Notes: generated from the letters alone by a model not told the origin. A stretch of 64,000 nucleotides of DNA from Deltaproteobacteria bacterium (GCA_040218735.1 JAVJQW010000033.1:64001-128000), one strand, 5' to 3'. Shown: positions 28,698 to 40,237, counted from the first letter of the stretch. Translations and numbers: made by a program.

Positions 28698-30905
28698 ATG
28701 GCTTTTTGGATCCGGCACATCATCCTGATCGTCCTGTGCGTCGTGTTGCCGCTGGGCGCCGCGCTCTACTTCGACACGGAGTCGGAGAAGGACCGCGCGC
28801 GCCAGGTCGGCGCGTCCACGGTGCGCGCGGCGACGCGCGGGCTCGACTCGGCGCTGTCGCTGCAGGCCCACGAAGCGGTCGCACACGCGGTGTCGGTCGC
28901 GCAGCGGCTGTCGGACAACGAAGTCCTGAGCGAGATGGCGCGCAGCGGCTCGCGCGGTGAAGAGGCGTTCACGCGGACTGTCGCGATGCTCGACGAGGCG
29001 GCCGAAGGCGGTCGCTTCGCGTGGCTCGTCGACGCCGAGGGCAACATCGTCGCGCGCAACGGTGCGACGGCGCGTGACGAGACACCGGAGTCGGTCGTCG
29101 GTCACCCGATCTTCGTGGCGACGCAGACCGGCAACGCGCTGGACGGCATCTGGGACGATCGCAACGGCGTCGTGAGCGTCGCCGGTGCGCCGATCGTGGA
29201 CGACGGTGCGGCCTCGGGTGCGCTCTTGGTCGGGCAGCAGGTCGGGTCGAAGACGGTCAAGGAGCTCGCGGACAAGATCGAAGCGCAGGTCACGCTGATC
29301 GCCGGCGAGAACATCCTCGCGTCCAGCCTCGAGTCGGCGAAGGCGCAGGAGGTCGCGCTGCCGGCGAAGATCGACGAGACCTCCTACGGCGGTCGCCGCA
29401 ACGCGCCGCTGCCGCAATTCAACTTGCCGATGCTCCCGCTGCTGATCGACCACCGCGCGGACGGCATCGCGTTCGCGTCGACGGCCGTCCCGGTGCGGGG
29501 TTCGGTGCCCGCGGTGCACTGGGTGGTGTCGGTCGATTCGTCGAGTGGGTTGGAGGGGCTCGCGCAGCGGCAGGAGATCATCTTCGGTGTGCTCGCGGCG
29601 TCGATCCTCTTGGCGCTGCTCATCGGGTTGGTGAACCACCGAACGTTCGTGCGTCCGATCGACCGCGTCGCCGAGCACCTCTCGGAGATCCAGCTCGGTC
29701 GCGGCGACCTCGAGCTCCCCGAGGCGCGGGTGAGCAGGCCCTTCAGGCGCCTCGTACGCCTGATCAACATGACCGTGCAGCGGATGCCCGCGCGCGGTTT
29801 GTCGGGGATCGGCACGGCCGACGTCAGCCTCTCCGAAGCACGCCCGGTCTCTCGCACCGGGAGCTTGATGGTGCACCACACGCCCGTGCCGGAGCCGGCG
29901 CCCGAGCCGCCGCCGCCCGCACCCACGCCCGAGGGGCTCTCGGAGCTGGAGCTCCCCGAGCCCGAGCTCCCGCCGCCGCAGCCGCCCGCCGCCGAGATGC
30001 CGTCGCCGGCGCCGCAGTTCGCCGACCTCGGGACGCCGCAGCCCGCGGAGGTCCCCGCGGACATCGAGCCGAGCCTTCCGCCCCCGCCCGGGACGGGGCT
30101 CGGCGGTGACGACGACGTCGACGAGGCCGCGGCGATCGCCGAGGCGATCGCATCGCTCGAAGCCGGTCAGGCGCTGTCGGCGCCGCCGCAGCCCGCCGCG
30201 CCCTCGCCGCGTCAGGCGTCCCAGATCCGCGGTCGTCCGATGGGCCTCGAGGTCCCCTCCGCCGAGGAGGAGATGCCGGCGCCGTTCGCGCCGTCGCAGT
30301 CGACGTTCCTCCGCGAGGGGATGTCGTTGTCGCTGCCCAGCCAGGACGACCCGGCGCCGCCGGAGCGCCCCGCACCCGGGGTTCGCGGCGGTGGCAGCCT
30401 CGATCTGTCGGGGTACGCGGGCGTGCAGGACCGCGACAGCGCGGACGTCGATGGCGAGAGCTTCGGTCCGGAGGCGACGGTGGTCGCGCCGGTCGCCGAG
30501 GATCTGCTCGCGAAGTCAGCGCGCGACGACCTGACGGATCACCACCACGTCATCAACGGTGACGAGAAGCCCGACATGACGGTGGTCGCTTCGGTGCCGG
30601 CCGACCTGCTCGCGCAGTCGGCGGGGGAGGCGCCCATCCCGGATCCGCCGCCGCCGCCCTCGAACGAAAACGGCCTCGACGCCGCGGACCGCGCGCACTT
30701 CGAAGAGGTCTACGAGCGCTTCATCGACATGCGGAGGCGCTGCGGTGAGAAGACGGCGGACCTCGCGTTCGATCGCTTCCTGAAGAAGCTCACGAAGAAC
30801 CGCGAGAACCTCATCAAGAAGTACCACTGCCGCACGGTGCGTTTTCAGGTCTACGAGAAGGACGGCAAGGCCGCCCTCAAGGCGACGCCCGTCCGCGCGC
30901 GTTGA
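28698..30905 (+). CDS. MXAN_5187-family protein (TM, Cache-like, TM, HAMP-like, Pro-rich, conserved C-terminal domain)
   Basis: C-terminal HFEEVYERF...CGE...FLKKLTKNR...VRFQVYEKDGKAALKATP is typical of the myxobacterial MXAN_5187 C-domain. Confidence 0.82.
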   Translation: MAFWIRHIILIVLCVVLPLGAALYFDTESEKDRARQVGASTVRAATRGLDSALSLQAHEAVAHAVSVAQRLSDNEVLSEMARSGSRGEEAFTRTVAMLDEAAEGGRFAWLVDAEGNIVARNGATARDETPESVVGHPIFVATQTGNALDGIWDDRNGVVSVAGAPIVDDGAASGALLVGQQVGSKTVKELADKIEAQVTLIAGENILASSLESAKAQEVALPAKIDETSYGGRRNAPLPQFNLPMLPLLIDHRADGIAFASTAVPVRGSVPAVHWVVSVDSSSGLEGLAQRQEIIFGVLAASILLALLIGLVNHRTFVRPIDRVAEHLSEIQLGRGDLELPEARVSRPFRRLVRLINMTVQRMPARGLSGIGTADVSLSEARPVSRTGSLMVHHTPVPEPAPEPPPPAPTPEGLSELELPEPELPPPQPPAAEMPSPAPQFADLGTPQPAEVPADIEPSLPPPPGTGLGGDDDVDEAAAIAEAIASLEAGQALSAPPQPAAPSPRQASQIRGRPMGLEVPSAEEEMPAPFAPSQSTFLREGMSLSLPSQDDPAPPERPAPGVRGGGSLDLSGYAGVQDRDSADVDGESFGPEATVVAPVAEDLLAKSARDDLTDHHHVINGDEKPDMTVVASVPADLLAQSAGEAPIPDPPPPPSNENGLDAADRAHFEEVYERFIDMRRRCGEKTADLAFDRFLKKLTKNRENLIKKYHCRTVRFQVYEKDGKAALKATPVRAR

Positions 30906-30941
30906 CCGGGCCCCATTGACCGCGCACGCTGACCGCGCCGC

Positions 30942-31259
30942 TCAGTTCAGAAACGTGCCGCTGGGCGGGGGTGTATTGCTGCCGCCGCCGGCTTCGATCT
31001 GCCCGAACTTTTGCTCGAACCCACGGATGGAGTCTTCCAGCGCGCGCAGCAGGCGGCGCGCGTGTTTCGGGCTGGTGATGATGCGCGCGCGGACTTTGCC
31101 CTTCGGCTCCTGCGGCTGCACGTAGATGAAGTCGAGCGTGAACTCGGTCTCGCTGTGGTTCACCATCGCCATGTTGGCGTAGCTGCCCTGCGCGGTCTCG
31201 GGATCGAGCTCGATCTTCACTTGGACTTGGTTCGGCGGGTTCTTCGGGTTCGTCATCAC
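30942..31259 (-). CDS. DUF3467 family protein
   Basis: GSYANMAMVNHSETEFTLDF...RARIITSPKHARRL. Confidence 0.85.
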   Translation of the reverse strand: MMTNPKNPPNQVQVKIELDPETAQGSYANMAMVNHSETEFTLDFIYVQPQEPKGKVRARIITSPKHARRLLRALEDSIRGFEQKFGQIEAGGGSNTPPPSGTFLN

Positions 31260-32194
31260 ATGGCCTCGAGCTTCTTCTTGGTCTGGCGTGCGCCCTTTTT
31301 GTCGCCCGCTTTCTTCTGCGCTTCGTACAGCCGCTCCCAGAGCGTCTTTTCCTTGGGGAACGCCTGCGTGAGGGCGTCGAGCTGCGTCGCCGCCTCCTTG
31401 TAGCGCTTCGCCTTCATCAACACGATCGCGTACTCACTCGTCAGCGAGGGATCCTTCGTGGCTTCGACGAGCTTCGCGTAGGTCGACAGCGCGTCGTCGA
31501 CGCGGCCGCCGAGGTAGTACGCCTTCGCGAGCTGGCTCGCGGCGTCGAGATCGTCCGGCGTGATCCGGTGCGCACGTTCGAGCTGGGTAATCGCGCCGGG
31601 GACGTCTTTCGACGCGAGGAGCAGCCGCCCGTGGATCGCCGCGCAGCGCCCACACTTGTCGTCGGCGCTCGCCTGCTTGGCGAGATCGAGCGCGGTCTTC
31701 ATGTCACCGCCGAGCCCCTTCGCGTAAGCGAGGTGCGCGAGGACGTCGCTGTTCTTGCCGTCCGTCAGACCGCGCGCGCGCTCGTAGTTCGCGACGGCGT
31801 CCGCGTTGCGACCCTCCTGCAACGCGAGGAAACCGGCCTCGGCGTGGAGCGCGACGGACGTCGGGAGCGCGGCCATCCCGTCGGCGTAGGCCTGACGCTC
31901 GCAGTCGGCGTCGTCGTTCAGCGAACACGCGCTGCCGAGGAGCAGGTAGGCCTGCTCGAGGTTCGGGTTCTTCTCGATCGCCGCGCGGCACTGCGTGATC
32001 GTGGTCTCGAGGTCGTTCCGCTTGGCGGCGGCGATCGCGGCCTCCAGCTCCGGTTTCCCGGCGGACTTGCTGCCGAACCCGATCGGCCGAGGGCGCCGTT
32101 TCTTCGGCGGCGGCTTGGCCGCAGACTCCTCGGGGGGCGGCTGACTCGCGCAGGCGAACCCGGCGACGGCGAACAGAGCGAGCAAGATACGCAT
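31256..32194 (-). CDS. TPR-repeat lipoprotein
   Basis: Lipobox VAGFAC; repeated TPR helices. Confidence 0.82.
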   Translation of the reverse strand: MRILLALFAVAGFACASQPPPEESAAKPPPKKRRPRPIGFGSKSAGKPELEAAIAAAKRNDLETTITQCRAAIEKNPNLEQAYLLLGSACSLNDDADCERQAYADGMAALPTSVALHAEAGFLALQEGRNADAVANYERARGLTDGKNSDVLAHLAYAKGLGGDMKTALDLAKQASADDKCGRCAAIHGRLLLASKDVPGAITQLERAHRITPDDLDAASQLAKAYYLGGRVDDALSTYAKLVEATKDPSLTSEYAIVLMKAKRYKEAATQLDALTQAFPKEKTLWERLYEAQKKAGDKKGARQTKKKLEAM

Positions 32195-32292
32195 GGCGTG
32201 CCGCGGACCCTACCCCGCGCGCGCCAACACGTCACGCCGCGCGCACCACGCTGGCTTGACTGCGCTGACGTGACCGACTACCCCGAGCGCCG

Positions 32293-33075
32293 ATGCTGAT
32301 GCAGCCGGAGGGGGTACCGGTCGTCTCGCTGTGCGGGGTCCGCATCCTCGCGGTGACCGAAGCAGAGTGTGTCGATCTCATCCTCGACGCCCTCGACGAG
32401 GGCCGTGGCGGCTGGGTCGTTACACCCAACCTCGACATCATCCGGCAGAGTGTTCAGCAGCCGGAGCTCGCGGCGATGCTCGCGCGGGCGGAGATCCTCG
32501 TCGCGGACGGCATGCCGCTGATCTGGGCGAGCCGACTCCAGGGCACGCCGCTCCCGGAGCGCGTCGCAGGCTCCAACCTGATCTCGAGCCTCTCCGCAAA
32601 AGCCGCGCGGCGACGGCGGTCACTGTTCATGCTGGGCGGGGATCCGGGCGTCGCAGAGCAGGCCTCGCAGATCCTCACCGACCGCAACCCCGACCTCGAC
32701 ATCCGAGGCACCTACTGCCCCGAGTTCGGCTTCGAGAAGGACCCGGCGCAGATGGACGCGATCGTCGAGGCGGTGAAGGCGTCGGGCGCCGACATCGTGT
32801 TCGTCGCGCTCGGCTTCCCGAAGAGCGAGCGCCTCACCGAGAAGATCCGCGGCGCGCTCCCCGACGCCTGGTGGATCGGCGTGGGGATCAGCTTCAGCTT
32901 TCTGAGCGGCGACGTGAAGCGCGCGCCGCCCTGGATGCAGCGCGCGGGCCTCGAGTGGGTGCACCGACTTCAGCAAGAGCCGGGGCGCCTCGCGAAGCGC
33001 TACCTCGTACACGATATCCCGTTCGCGGGGCGGCTGTTCGCGAGCGCGGCGCGCGGGCGCTTCAAGAGCGAGTAG
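32293..33075 (+). CDS. WecB/TagA/CpsF family glycosyltransferase
   Basis: VTPNLD, ADGMP, ERVAGS, VALGFPKSE, RAPPWMQRAGLEWVHRL, EPGRLAKRY. Confidence 0.93.
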   Translation: MLMQPEGVPVVSLCGVRILAVTEAECVDLILDALDEGRGGWVVTPNLDIIRQSVQQPELAAMLARAEILVADGMPLIWASRLQGTPLPERVAGSNLISSLSAKAARRRRSLFMLGGDPGVAEQASQILTDRNPDLDIRGTYCPEFGFEKDPAQMDAIVEAVKASGADIVFVALGFPKSERLTEKIRGALPDAWWIGVGISFSFLSGDVKRAPPWMQRAGLEWVHRLQQEPGRLAKRYLVHDIPFAGRLFASAARGRFKSE

Positions 33076-34339
33076 GGAGCTTCTTCGACACCGCGCAACG
33101 GTCGCGCTCGGTCTCGAGTCGCTTCAGTAGATCGTCCTTGTTCACGACTTTGATCTTCCAGGCGGTGACGTCCGGTCGAAGTCCGTCGAGCGCACGGAGC
33201 GCGCACAGGTGATCCTGTCGCTCCTTCTGTGTCTTCGTCTTCATGATCGTCTGCACCCACGCTTCGGTCGCCTCCGCGAGCATCAAATGCGCCGCGCCGT
33301 TGAGACCACCTCGAACCATGCTGATCCTCATGTGCTTGCGGCGCTCCGCGTCCGTCGAGAGCTCCGAGCCGTCGGGCACGGTGATCCACCCCGCGAGGAC
33401 GTCATCCTTGGAGAACACCATCATGAGGCCGCCGCTCGAGAGCGCGTTCGTCGAGGTTGGGACGAGCTCTGGGTTGTTCTCGAGCTCGTCGTACGCGGAG
33501 TGATGAATGAGGAGGGTGAGCTTCGCGGAGAAATCGAGCCTCCGCGCGTAGCGCTGAAGTGCGAGCCAGTGTTGCTCGTCGTTCATCGTGTCGATCGGCG
33601 CGTCCTTGGGGAGCCAACGCAGCGGGACCTTCGAATAGCCGTAGGCGCGCTTCGCGACCTCGTTGGCTTCGGCGGCGAGATCGTTGGCGTACGCTTCGAG
33701 CTCCTCGCTCGCGTGCGGCGTGAACAGCCGCCCGGAGCCCTTCACGACGCCCATGTACTTGCCACCCGAGGAGTGGCCACCGCGCGTGAACTGACGAACG
33801 TGCACCAGCTCGTGCCGCACGACGCGCGGCGAAGGTGTTCCGGTGAGCACCGAGTGATGATCGATCAACATCGCGCCGTCGCGGCACACGGCGACGCGGT
33901 GGCGCAGCGCGGTGGGGGCGTAGACCAACGCGAAGTCGTATTGGGTGCGAAGTTCGTAGGCGAGCCGCCCGAGGGGGTTGTTGGCGGAAGGGAGGATGTA
34001 GAGCTCCTCGTCGTCACGCACGTGTTCGACGCCGAGCGCGCGGAGGTGGTCCGCGCCGCGCTCGACGATGACGGCGCGACGGGACTTTGCCTCGTCCGCC
34101 ATGACCTGGAACGCCGTCAGGACCGCGTCGGCGACCTCGACGTCGTCACCTCTCGCGGCGAGGCGTCGGGTGGTCTCTGCCTTGGCGTCTTCGGCGAGGC
34201 CCGGCAGGGTCGCGCGGTCGAAGCGTGTGATGGCGTCGCGCAGGGCGCGTTCGGTGACTGCGGGGTCCGGCGGGGGCGTGGGCGGGACCGTCGCGCAGGC
34301 GATGAGGAGGGGGAGGCCGAAGAGGGCTGGGATTCTCAA
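33062..34339 (-). CDS. Putative lipoprotein zinc metallopeptidase (HExxH...E)
   Basis: Lipobox LLIAC after a TTG start (start uncertain); RHELVH and downstream EELEAY. Confidence 0.6.
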   Translation of the reverse strand: MRIPALFGLPLLIACATVPPTPPPDPAVTERALRDAITRFDRATLPGLAEDAKAETTRRLAARGDDVEVADAVLTAFQVMADEAKSRRAVIVERGADHLRALGVEHVRDDEELYILPSANNPLGRLAYELRTQYDFALVYAPTALRHRVAVCRDGAMLIDHHSVLTGTPSPRVVRHELVHVRQFTRGGHSSGGKYMGVVKGSGRLFTPHASEELEAYANDLAAEANEVAKRAYGYSKVPLRWLPKDAPIDTMNDEQHWLALQRYARRLDFSAKLTLLIHHSAYDELENNPELVPTSTNALSSGGLMMVFSKDDVLAGWITVPDGSELSTDAERRKHMRISMVRGGLNGAAHLMLAEATEAWVQTIMKTKTQKERQDHLCALRALDGLRPDVTAWKIKVVNKDDLLKRLETERDRCAVSKKLPTRS

Positions 34340-34383
34340 CTGTGTGTCGAAAACCGTAGGCACGCCCCGCGAGGCGACCAGCC

Positions 34384-35985
34384 CTATCGTTCCTTCGAGA
34401 TGGGCGTTTCGTCCGCTTCGACCTCGTCCTTCACGGACGCCGCGGCGGCGTCGAGTGCCTCGTCCATCTCCGAGTCCTCTTCGGGGACGGCGCCGTGCGG
34501 CGCGGGTGGGAGCAGGATCACGAACGACGCGCCGCCGACCGGAGAGCGGCGCAGCGCGATCGAGCCGCCGTGTTGCAGCACGATCTTCTTTACGATCGCG
34601 AGGCCGAGGCCGGTGCCTTCGGTCTTGGTCGTGTAGTACGGCTCGAAGACCTTCTCCGCGACGTCCTGCGGGACGCCCGGACCGTTGTCCTCGACGCGAA
34701 TCTCGACGAGCCCCGTCGCCGGGATGCGCGCGATGCGGATCCACAGCTTGGCGTTCCCCTTGCCGGCCGCCTGGATGCCGTTCATCACGAGGTTCGCGAG
34801 CACGCGCCGCATCAACACGCGGTCCACCGCGATGGTCAGCGGGTCCGCCGGGAGGTCGACCTCCACGGCGGCGTCGGGTTCGAAGCCGTTGTATGCGTTG
34901 AGGAACGCGTGCACGAAGCGCGACGCGTCGACGGGGGACGGCGTGACCTCCGGGAGGCGCGCAAACTGCGAGAACTCACCGACGAGCCGCGTGAGCGCGC
35001 CGATCTCCTCTTCGACGACGTCGCTCGCGTCGTCGACGAGCTTCTTGAAGCGCGGCTCGCTGTCGGGTGCGCGGCGTCGCAGCTCCTGGATGGCGAGGCG
35101 GATGGGCGTGAGTGGGTTCTTGATCTCGTGCGCGAGGCGCCGCGCGAACTCCTGCCAGCCCGAGACCTTCTCCAGATACACGATGCGGTCGCGCGCTTCC
35201 GCGACCTCTTCGATCATCCGGTTGAAGCCGTTCGTGAGCTCGGTGATTTCGTCGTCTCCGCCGAGCGGGACGGTGAAGCCGGACTCCCCCTTCGCGACGC
35301 GCTCCGTGGCGAGCGCGAGCTGCGAGACGCGGCGCGTGACGCTGCGGGCGAGGAGGTAACCCACCGCCAACGAGAGGAAGAGCACGAATGCGGAGATGGC
35401 GATGTACGTCAGATAGAAGGTGCGCGAGCGCTGGTCCTCGGTGCGGAGCGACGCGTCGTACAGGCGCGCGATCTCCTCCGCGTGTGCGCGGTCCGCGAGG
35501 TACTTGCGCGAGAGGATGAAGACGATCTCCAGCTTCGGGGCGTCGCCGAGTCCGAGCGGGAGGACGATCGTCTTGGGGACGAAGCCGTCGCCCATGCGTT
35601 CCTCGGGGCCGTCGAGCGCGACGAGGATCTCTTCGTCGAAGGTGATCACACGCGCCGATCGGATCTCTTCGTTGTCGGTGAGCACCTGCGCGAGCCGCAC
35701 CTTCACGTCGTCGACGCTGCCGTCGCGCGCGGCGCGAATGAGGATGGGGTCACTCGCGATCGACTGCGCGCGCGCGGAGTATTCGCTCTTCTTCGCGTCG
35801 AAGAAGTCCTTGTAGAACAGCGCCGAGTCCTCGAGCTGCTCGCGGACGCCGGTGTGCATCGACAGCGCGAGCCGGGTCTCGATGATCTGTGGGATGAAGA
35901 TCACCGAGATGACGAACGGCACCGTCGCCGCGAGGAAGATCGCGATGATGATCCGCCGCTCGAAGCGTGAGACTTTCGGCATCAT
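34384..35985 (-). CDS. NtrY-like sensor histidine kinase (TM, periplasmic, TM, HAMP, HisKA, HATPase)
   Basis: WQEFARRLAHEIKNPLTPI, NLVMNG, EDNGPG, FEPYYTTK, GTGLGL. Confidence 0.93.
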   Translation of the reverse strand: MMPKVSRFERRIIIAIFLAATVPFVISVIFIPQIIETRLALSMHTGVREQLEDSALFYKDFFDAKKSEYSARAQSIASDPILIRAARDGSVDDVKVRLAQVLTDNEEIRSARVITFDEEILVALDGPEERMGDGFVPKTIVLPLGLGDAPKLEIVFILSRKYLADRAHAEEIARLYDASLRTEDQRSRTFYLTYIAISAFVLFLSLAVGYLLARSVTRRVSQLALATERVAKGESGFTVPLGGDDEITELTNGFNRMIEEVAEARDRIVYLEKVSGWQEFARRLAHEIKNPLTPIRLAIQELRRRAPDSEPRFKKLVDDASDVVEEEIGALTRLVGEFSQFARLPEVTPSPVDASRFVHAFLNAYNGFEPDAAVEVDLPADPLTIAVDRVLMRRVLANLVMNGIQAAGKGNAKLWIRIARIPATGLVEIRVEDNGPGVPQDVAEKVFEPYYTTKTEGTGLGLAIVKKIVLQHGGSIALRRSPVGGASFVILLPPAPHGAVPEEDSEMDEALDAAAASVKDEVEADETPISKER

Positions 35986-36644
35986 CACGGCGAGGCCCTC
36001 GCGGGGCGCGAGAGCGGCCCCGATCGGAACACGAACGCGTCCGCCTTCGCACCCGTCTGCGAGCGGAAGAAACGTGCCACCGCGCCGAAGAAGGCCCGAG
36101 GCCGGCCGCTGGAGGTCCCGCGCGGGTTCGACATGAACTCGCGGCTCTTCTCCATCAGCTCCGGCGAAACCGGGTTGAGCGCCACCTGCACCATCACGCG
36201 ATAACCCGAGGACCGGCGCATCAACGCGCTGTCGACCAGCGGCACCTGTTCGACGACACCACACGCCCGCAGCGCATCTTCGATCAACGGGAAGCGCTTG
36301 CGTTGGATGCGAGGGCCGTCACTCGTCCTCAGGTGGACTACCTCGTCCCAGATGTCGAAGCGCATCTCGCAGCGCCGCGTGCGCTTCACGATCGCGTCGC
36401 CGCGCTGGTCGAGGAGCGCGACGTTCATGAGGACGAGGCTGGTGAGGCCCCCGGAGAGGCGCTTGCGGAACTCTTCGGTGAAGGTGCTGGTGACGTCGAA
36501 CGACATCTGCACCACGTTGCGGCGGCGGCTGAGCGCGACGTCGAGGCCGGCGGGCTCGTCGTCGGCGAACGCGGGCGTGGTGCCGCCCAGCAGGGCGAGG
36601 CCCGCCAGGAACGTTCGCACGCGCGCTGTCCGCATCGCGCGCAT
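35985..36644 (-). CDS. DUF4390-like exported protein
   Basis: Signal peptide ending PAFA; KRLSGGL...MRFDIWDE; position upstream of an NtrY-like kinase is typical. Confidence 0.7.
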   Translation of the reverse strand: MRAMRTARVRTFLAGLALLGGTTPAFADDEPAGLDVALSRRRNVVQMSFDVTSTFTEEFRKRLSGGLTSLVLMNVALLDQRGDAIVKRTRRCEMRFDIWDEVVHLRTSDGPRIQRKRFPLIEDALRACGVVEQVPLVDSALMRRSSGYRVMVQVALNPVSPELMEKSREFMSNPRGTSSGRPRAFFGAVARFFRSQTGAKADAFVFRSGPLSRPARASP

Positions 36645-36648
36645 CGTC

Positions 36649-38067
36649 TCAGAGCACCACGTTCATCATGTAGGCGAGTGACAGGCTGAAGTTGCCGATC
36701 GCGGTGTCGAACTTGAGGCCGGCGTCGAAGGAGAGCGGGATCTGACCGCCGGTGCCGCGTCCGCTGGCGTCCTCTTGCAGCTCGTCGAGTGATGCGGTGG
36801 CGGTGAGCTCGAGGCCGCCGTACAAATACATTCGATAGAGCAGGTCGCCGCCACCGGCGATCGGGACCGCATAGATCGCGCCGGTGCTGACGATCAGATC
36901 GTCGTAGTCGTTGCTCTCGGAGAAGTTGACGTCGACGTTGCGGGGGAGGGCGTCGCGGTTCAGCAGGAAGTAGGCGTAGTCGGCGCCGTAGAACTGGTTG
37001 AAGAACGGCGTCTGCCCCTGAACCATGCCGCCGAAGAGGCGCAGGATCAGGCTGTGGTCCTCGAACACCGTGATCGCGTGTTGCAGCTCTGCGGTGTACT
37101 TCGAGAACTCGTACCCGGAGAGGATCAGCGACGTGCCGACCTCCACGGCGAGCGCGATGCGGGTGCCGACGCGCGGGACGAATGCGTCGTCGCGCGTGTC
37201 GATCTCGTAGGACGCGGTGAGCGTCGACAGGACGGAGTCGTCGAACTGGATCGACGGCGCGCGACGAAGGACGGCGGGGTCGAGGTTGGGGAGGCGGTTC
37301 GCGTGCACGCTCTCGAGTCGGTAGACGAGGGAGATGCGCTGGGCCGGACCGACGCCCAGGCCGAACCCGAGTGAGCCGCCGCGTCGCGCGTAAGTGAGGG
37401 CGGGGCCGGTCGGGTCGTCTTCGTCGAGGATCTCGGCGCCGGAGAGCAGGATGGCGGAGCCGGAGAGCTGAAGCGGTGTGTTGGCGAGGTTCGGAACGAA
37501 CACGCGCATGGTGAGCGCGCGACGATCGCGGCCCAGCACGAAGCTGCCGCCGACGGTGACTCCGCGCCCGAGGAAGTTCGTCTCCGCGACGCCGAAGCCG
37601 CCGAACACCGGTGACACTTGCGAGTAACCGAGGAAGAGCTCGTCGATGAGGATGGTGTTGCGTTCTTCGACCTCCACGACGAGGAGCGCGCGCCCGCGAC
37701 GCGAGCCGCGACGGAGGCTGAACTCGACCGACTTGAAGAACCCGGTGTTGAGGAGACGCAGGCGTGACTGAACGATGCGGTCGTCGTCGACGAGGTCGCC
37801 GACTTCGACGACGAGGCGCGAGCGGATCACCGCGGGGGTGGTCTTCTCGTTACCGATGATCTCGATGCCTTCGATGAAGAGCGCGTTGGGATCCGCGCGC
37901 AGGCCGACGCCGAGGACGTCCGGGCTGGGGTCCTTTCCGGCCTCGAGGAAGGCGTCGAACGCCAGGTCGTCCACGGCGGTGGTCGCGGTCGACGTCGTCT
38001 CGGTCTGCTGAGCCCACGCCGGCGCGGCCACGCACGTCAGGGCGACGGCGAGATTCGCTCGGATCAT
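36649..38067 (-). CDS. Omp85/BamA-TamA family protein with a single POTRA domain
   Basis: [14 protein letters not shown]...[11 protein letters not shown]...VEVEER; [20 protein letters not shown]; beta-barrel strands. Confidence 0.85.
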   Translation of the reverse strand: MIRANLAVALTCVAAPAWAQQTETTSTATTAVDDLAFDAFLEAGKDPSPDVLGVGLRADPNALFIEGIEIIGNEKTTPAVIRSRLVVEVGDLVDDDRIVQSRLRLLNTGFFKSVEFSLRRGSRRGRALLVVEVEERNTILIDELFLGYSQVSPVFGGFGVAETNFLGRGVTVGGSFVLGRDRRALTMRVFVPNLANTPLQLSGSAILLSGAEILDEDDPTGPALTYARRGGSLGFGLGVGPAQRISLVYRLESVHANRLPNLDPAVLRRAPSIQFDDSVLSTLTASYEIDTRDDAFVPRVGTRIALAVEVGTSLILSGYEFSKYTAELQHAITVFEDHSLILRLFGGMVQGQTPFFNQFYGADYAYFLLNRDALPRNVDVNFSESNDYDDLIVSTGAIYAVPIAGGGDLLYRMYLYGGLELTATASLDELQEDASGRGTGGQIPLSFDAGLKFDTAIGNFSLSLAYMMNVVL

Positions 38068-38360
38068 CAATCGATCTCTTCTCGAAGTTCGACGCGCGAG
38101 CCCGTCGGACATTCCTGGCGTATACCCCGAGCGCGGCGATCGCGCCCGGGTTCGGTCGGATTTCGCGCCGACGCGCGGGGCGGGATCGTGAGCGATCGCA
38201 CGTGTGCCAACGCCGCGGATCACGGGGCGATTCCCGCGGCACCGACTCGTATCGAGGCACTCGGGGTGAACGCTCCGGCGGTGCCTCAGGGCTGGCCCCG
38301 TCGAGCCGATCCGACATTGAGGCCGTCGTGTTCGCGCGGGGCCGTTGGGGTGAAGGCTAC

Positions 38361-40237
38361 ATGAGCATTCGAAGCTACGGGGCGGCGCTCGTCGTCGCAC
38401 AGTGCGCGGTCGTCAGCACCGCGTTCGCGCAGGTCGACGAACCAGGGACCTTCTCGGGCGAGCGATTCGAGCTCGCCGTGGATCCGGACGGCGTGCTCAA
38501 CGTGGACGCGGCCGTCGTGCCCGATCACCTCGCGTGGGACCTGAGCTTCTGGCTCGGCGGCGCCCACGACCCGCTCGTGCTCTACGACGAGCGCGACGGC
38601 TTCGAACGACAGCGCGGTGACCTCGTCGGGACGCGCATCGGCGGGAGCATCGGCGGTGCGGTTTCGCTGTTCGGCGTCGTTCAGCTCGGGCTGTCGGTGC
38701 CGCTGGTCGCGTTCCAGAGTCGGAACCCGCAGGCCGACGGTGCGACGGCGCCGCTCCCGGATCTTCAGGTCGTCGGTGTCGGCAACGTTCGGTTGTCGCC
38801 GAAGGTGGCGGTGCTGCGCGACGCGTCGCACGGGTTCGACCTCGCGGTGATCCCGCGGCTCTCGCTGCCGGCGCTCTCGTCCGGCAACTACATCGGCGAC
38901 GACGCGTTTGTGTTCGCGCCGACGGTCGCGGCTTCGAAGGACTTCACCGTCTTCCGCACCGCGTTCAACACCGGTCTGCGGTTCACGAAGACCGACGAGT
39001 GGCTGGGGTTGGTGCGTTCGCACGAGATCACGGCGTCGGCAGCCGTGTCGGTACGCCTCGAGGAGCTCGGCGGGCCTCCGCTGGATCTCGATGCTTCGCT
39101 CGCTGGCGCGACTTCGCTGTCGCGTCCCTTGGCTTCGACGCAGAACTACTTCGAGGGGATCGGCGGCGCGACGTACGACTTCGGCGGCCCGCTCCTCGCG
39201 TTCGCCGCCGCGGGTCTGGGGACGGGTGCGGGGTACGGGACGCCGGACTATCGCGCGTTGGTCGGCGTGCGTCTGAGCTCGCGGGTCGACGACCCCGATC
39301 AGGACGGCATCGAAGGCGAGGACGACGCGTGTCCGAAGGCCGCGGAGGACTACGACGGCTTCGAGGACCTCGACGGTTGTCCGGAGGAGGACAACGACGG
39401 CGACCGGATCGCGGATGCGCTCGACGGTGCGCCGAACCACGCGGAGGACATCGACGGCTTCGAAGACGACGACGGGATTCCGGACCCCGACAACGACCAG
39501 GACTCGGTGGAGGATGCGCGCGACGCGTGTCCGACGGTGGCCGGAGTCGTGGACAACGGCGGCTGCCCCGACGTGGACGGCGACGGTGACGGCGTTTGGG
39601 ATCGACTCGACGCGTGCGTCGACGAGCCGGAGGACGTGGATGGGTTCGAGGACGCCGACGGGTGCCCGGAGGCGGACAACGACGGCGACACGCTGCTCGA
39701 CGCGGCGGATGCATGCCCGGACGAAGCGGGGCCCGTTGCGAACCGGGGCTGCCCGGACGTGGACACCGACGGCGACGGCATCGTCGACCGCCTCGACAAC
39801 TGCCCGAAGGAGGCGGGTGCGGTGGAGAACTACGGGTGCGTGGCGAAGCAGATGGTCCGTCTCACGGACCAGAAGATCGAGATCGCAGACACCGTCTACT
39901 TCGAGTTCGGGAACGCGGCGATTCGTTCGGTGTCGTTCGCGATGCTCGACAACATCGCCAAGGTGCTCATGGAGCACGAGCGAATCTCGCGGCTGCGCAT
40001 CGAAGGTCACACGGACGACGTGGGGCCGCGTGAGCTGAACCTGTCGTTGTCGGCTGCGCGTGCCAAGGCGGTCCTCGACTACCTCGTCGCGGCGGGGGTG
40101 TCGCGTGAGCGACTCGAGAGCGCGGGCTTCGCGTTCGATCAACCCATCGCGGACAACGGCACCGAGGAGGGGCGCGCTGCGAATCGGCGCGTCGAGTTCG
40201 TCATCGTGGAAGCGCCCGTGGGCGCGGAGGTGGTCGA

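Noticed and set aside
30903-30938. Three TGACCGSGC repeats
   Set aside because: Between convergent 3' ends with uneven spacing; no regulatory context.
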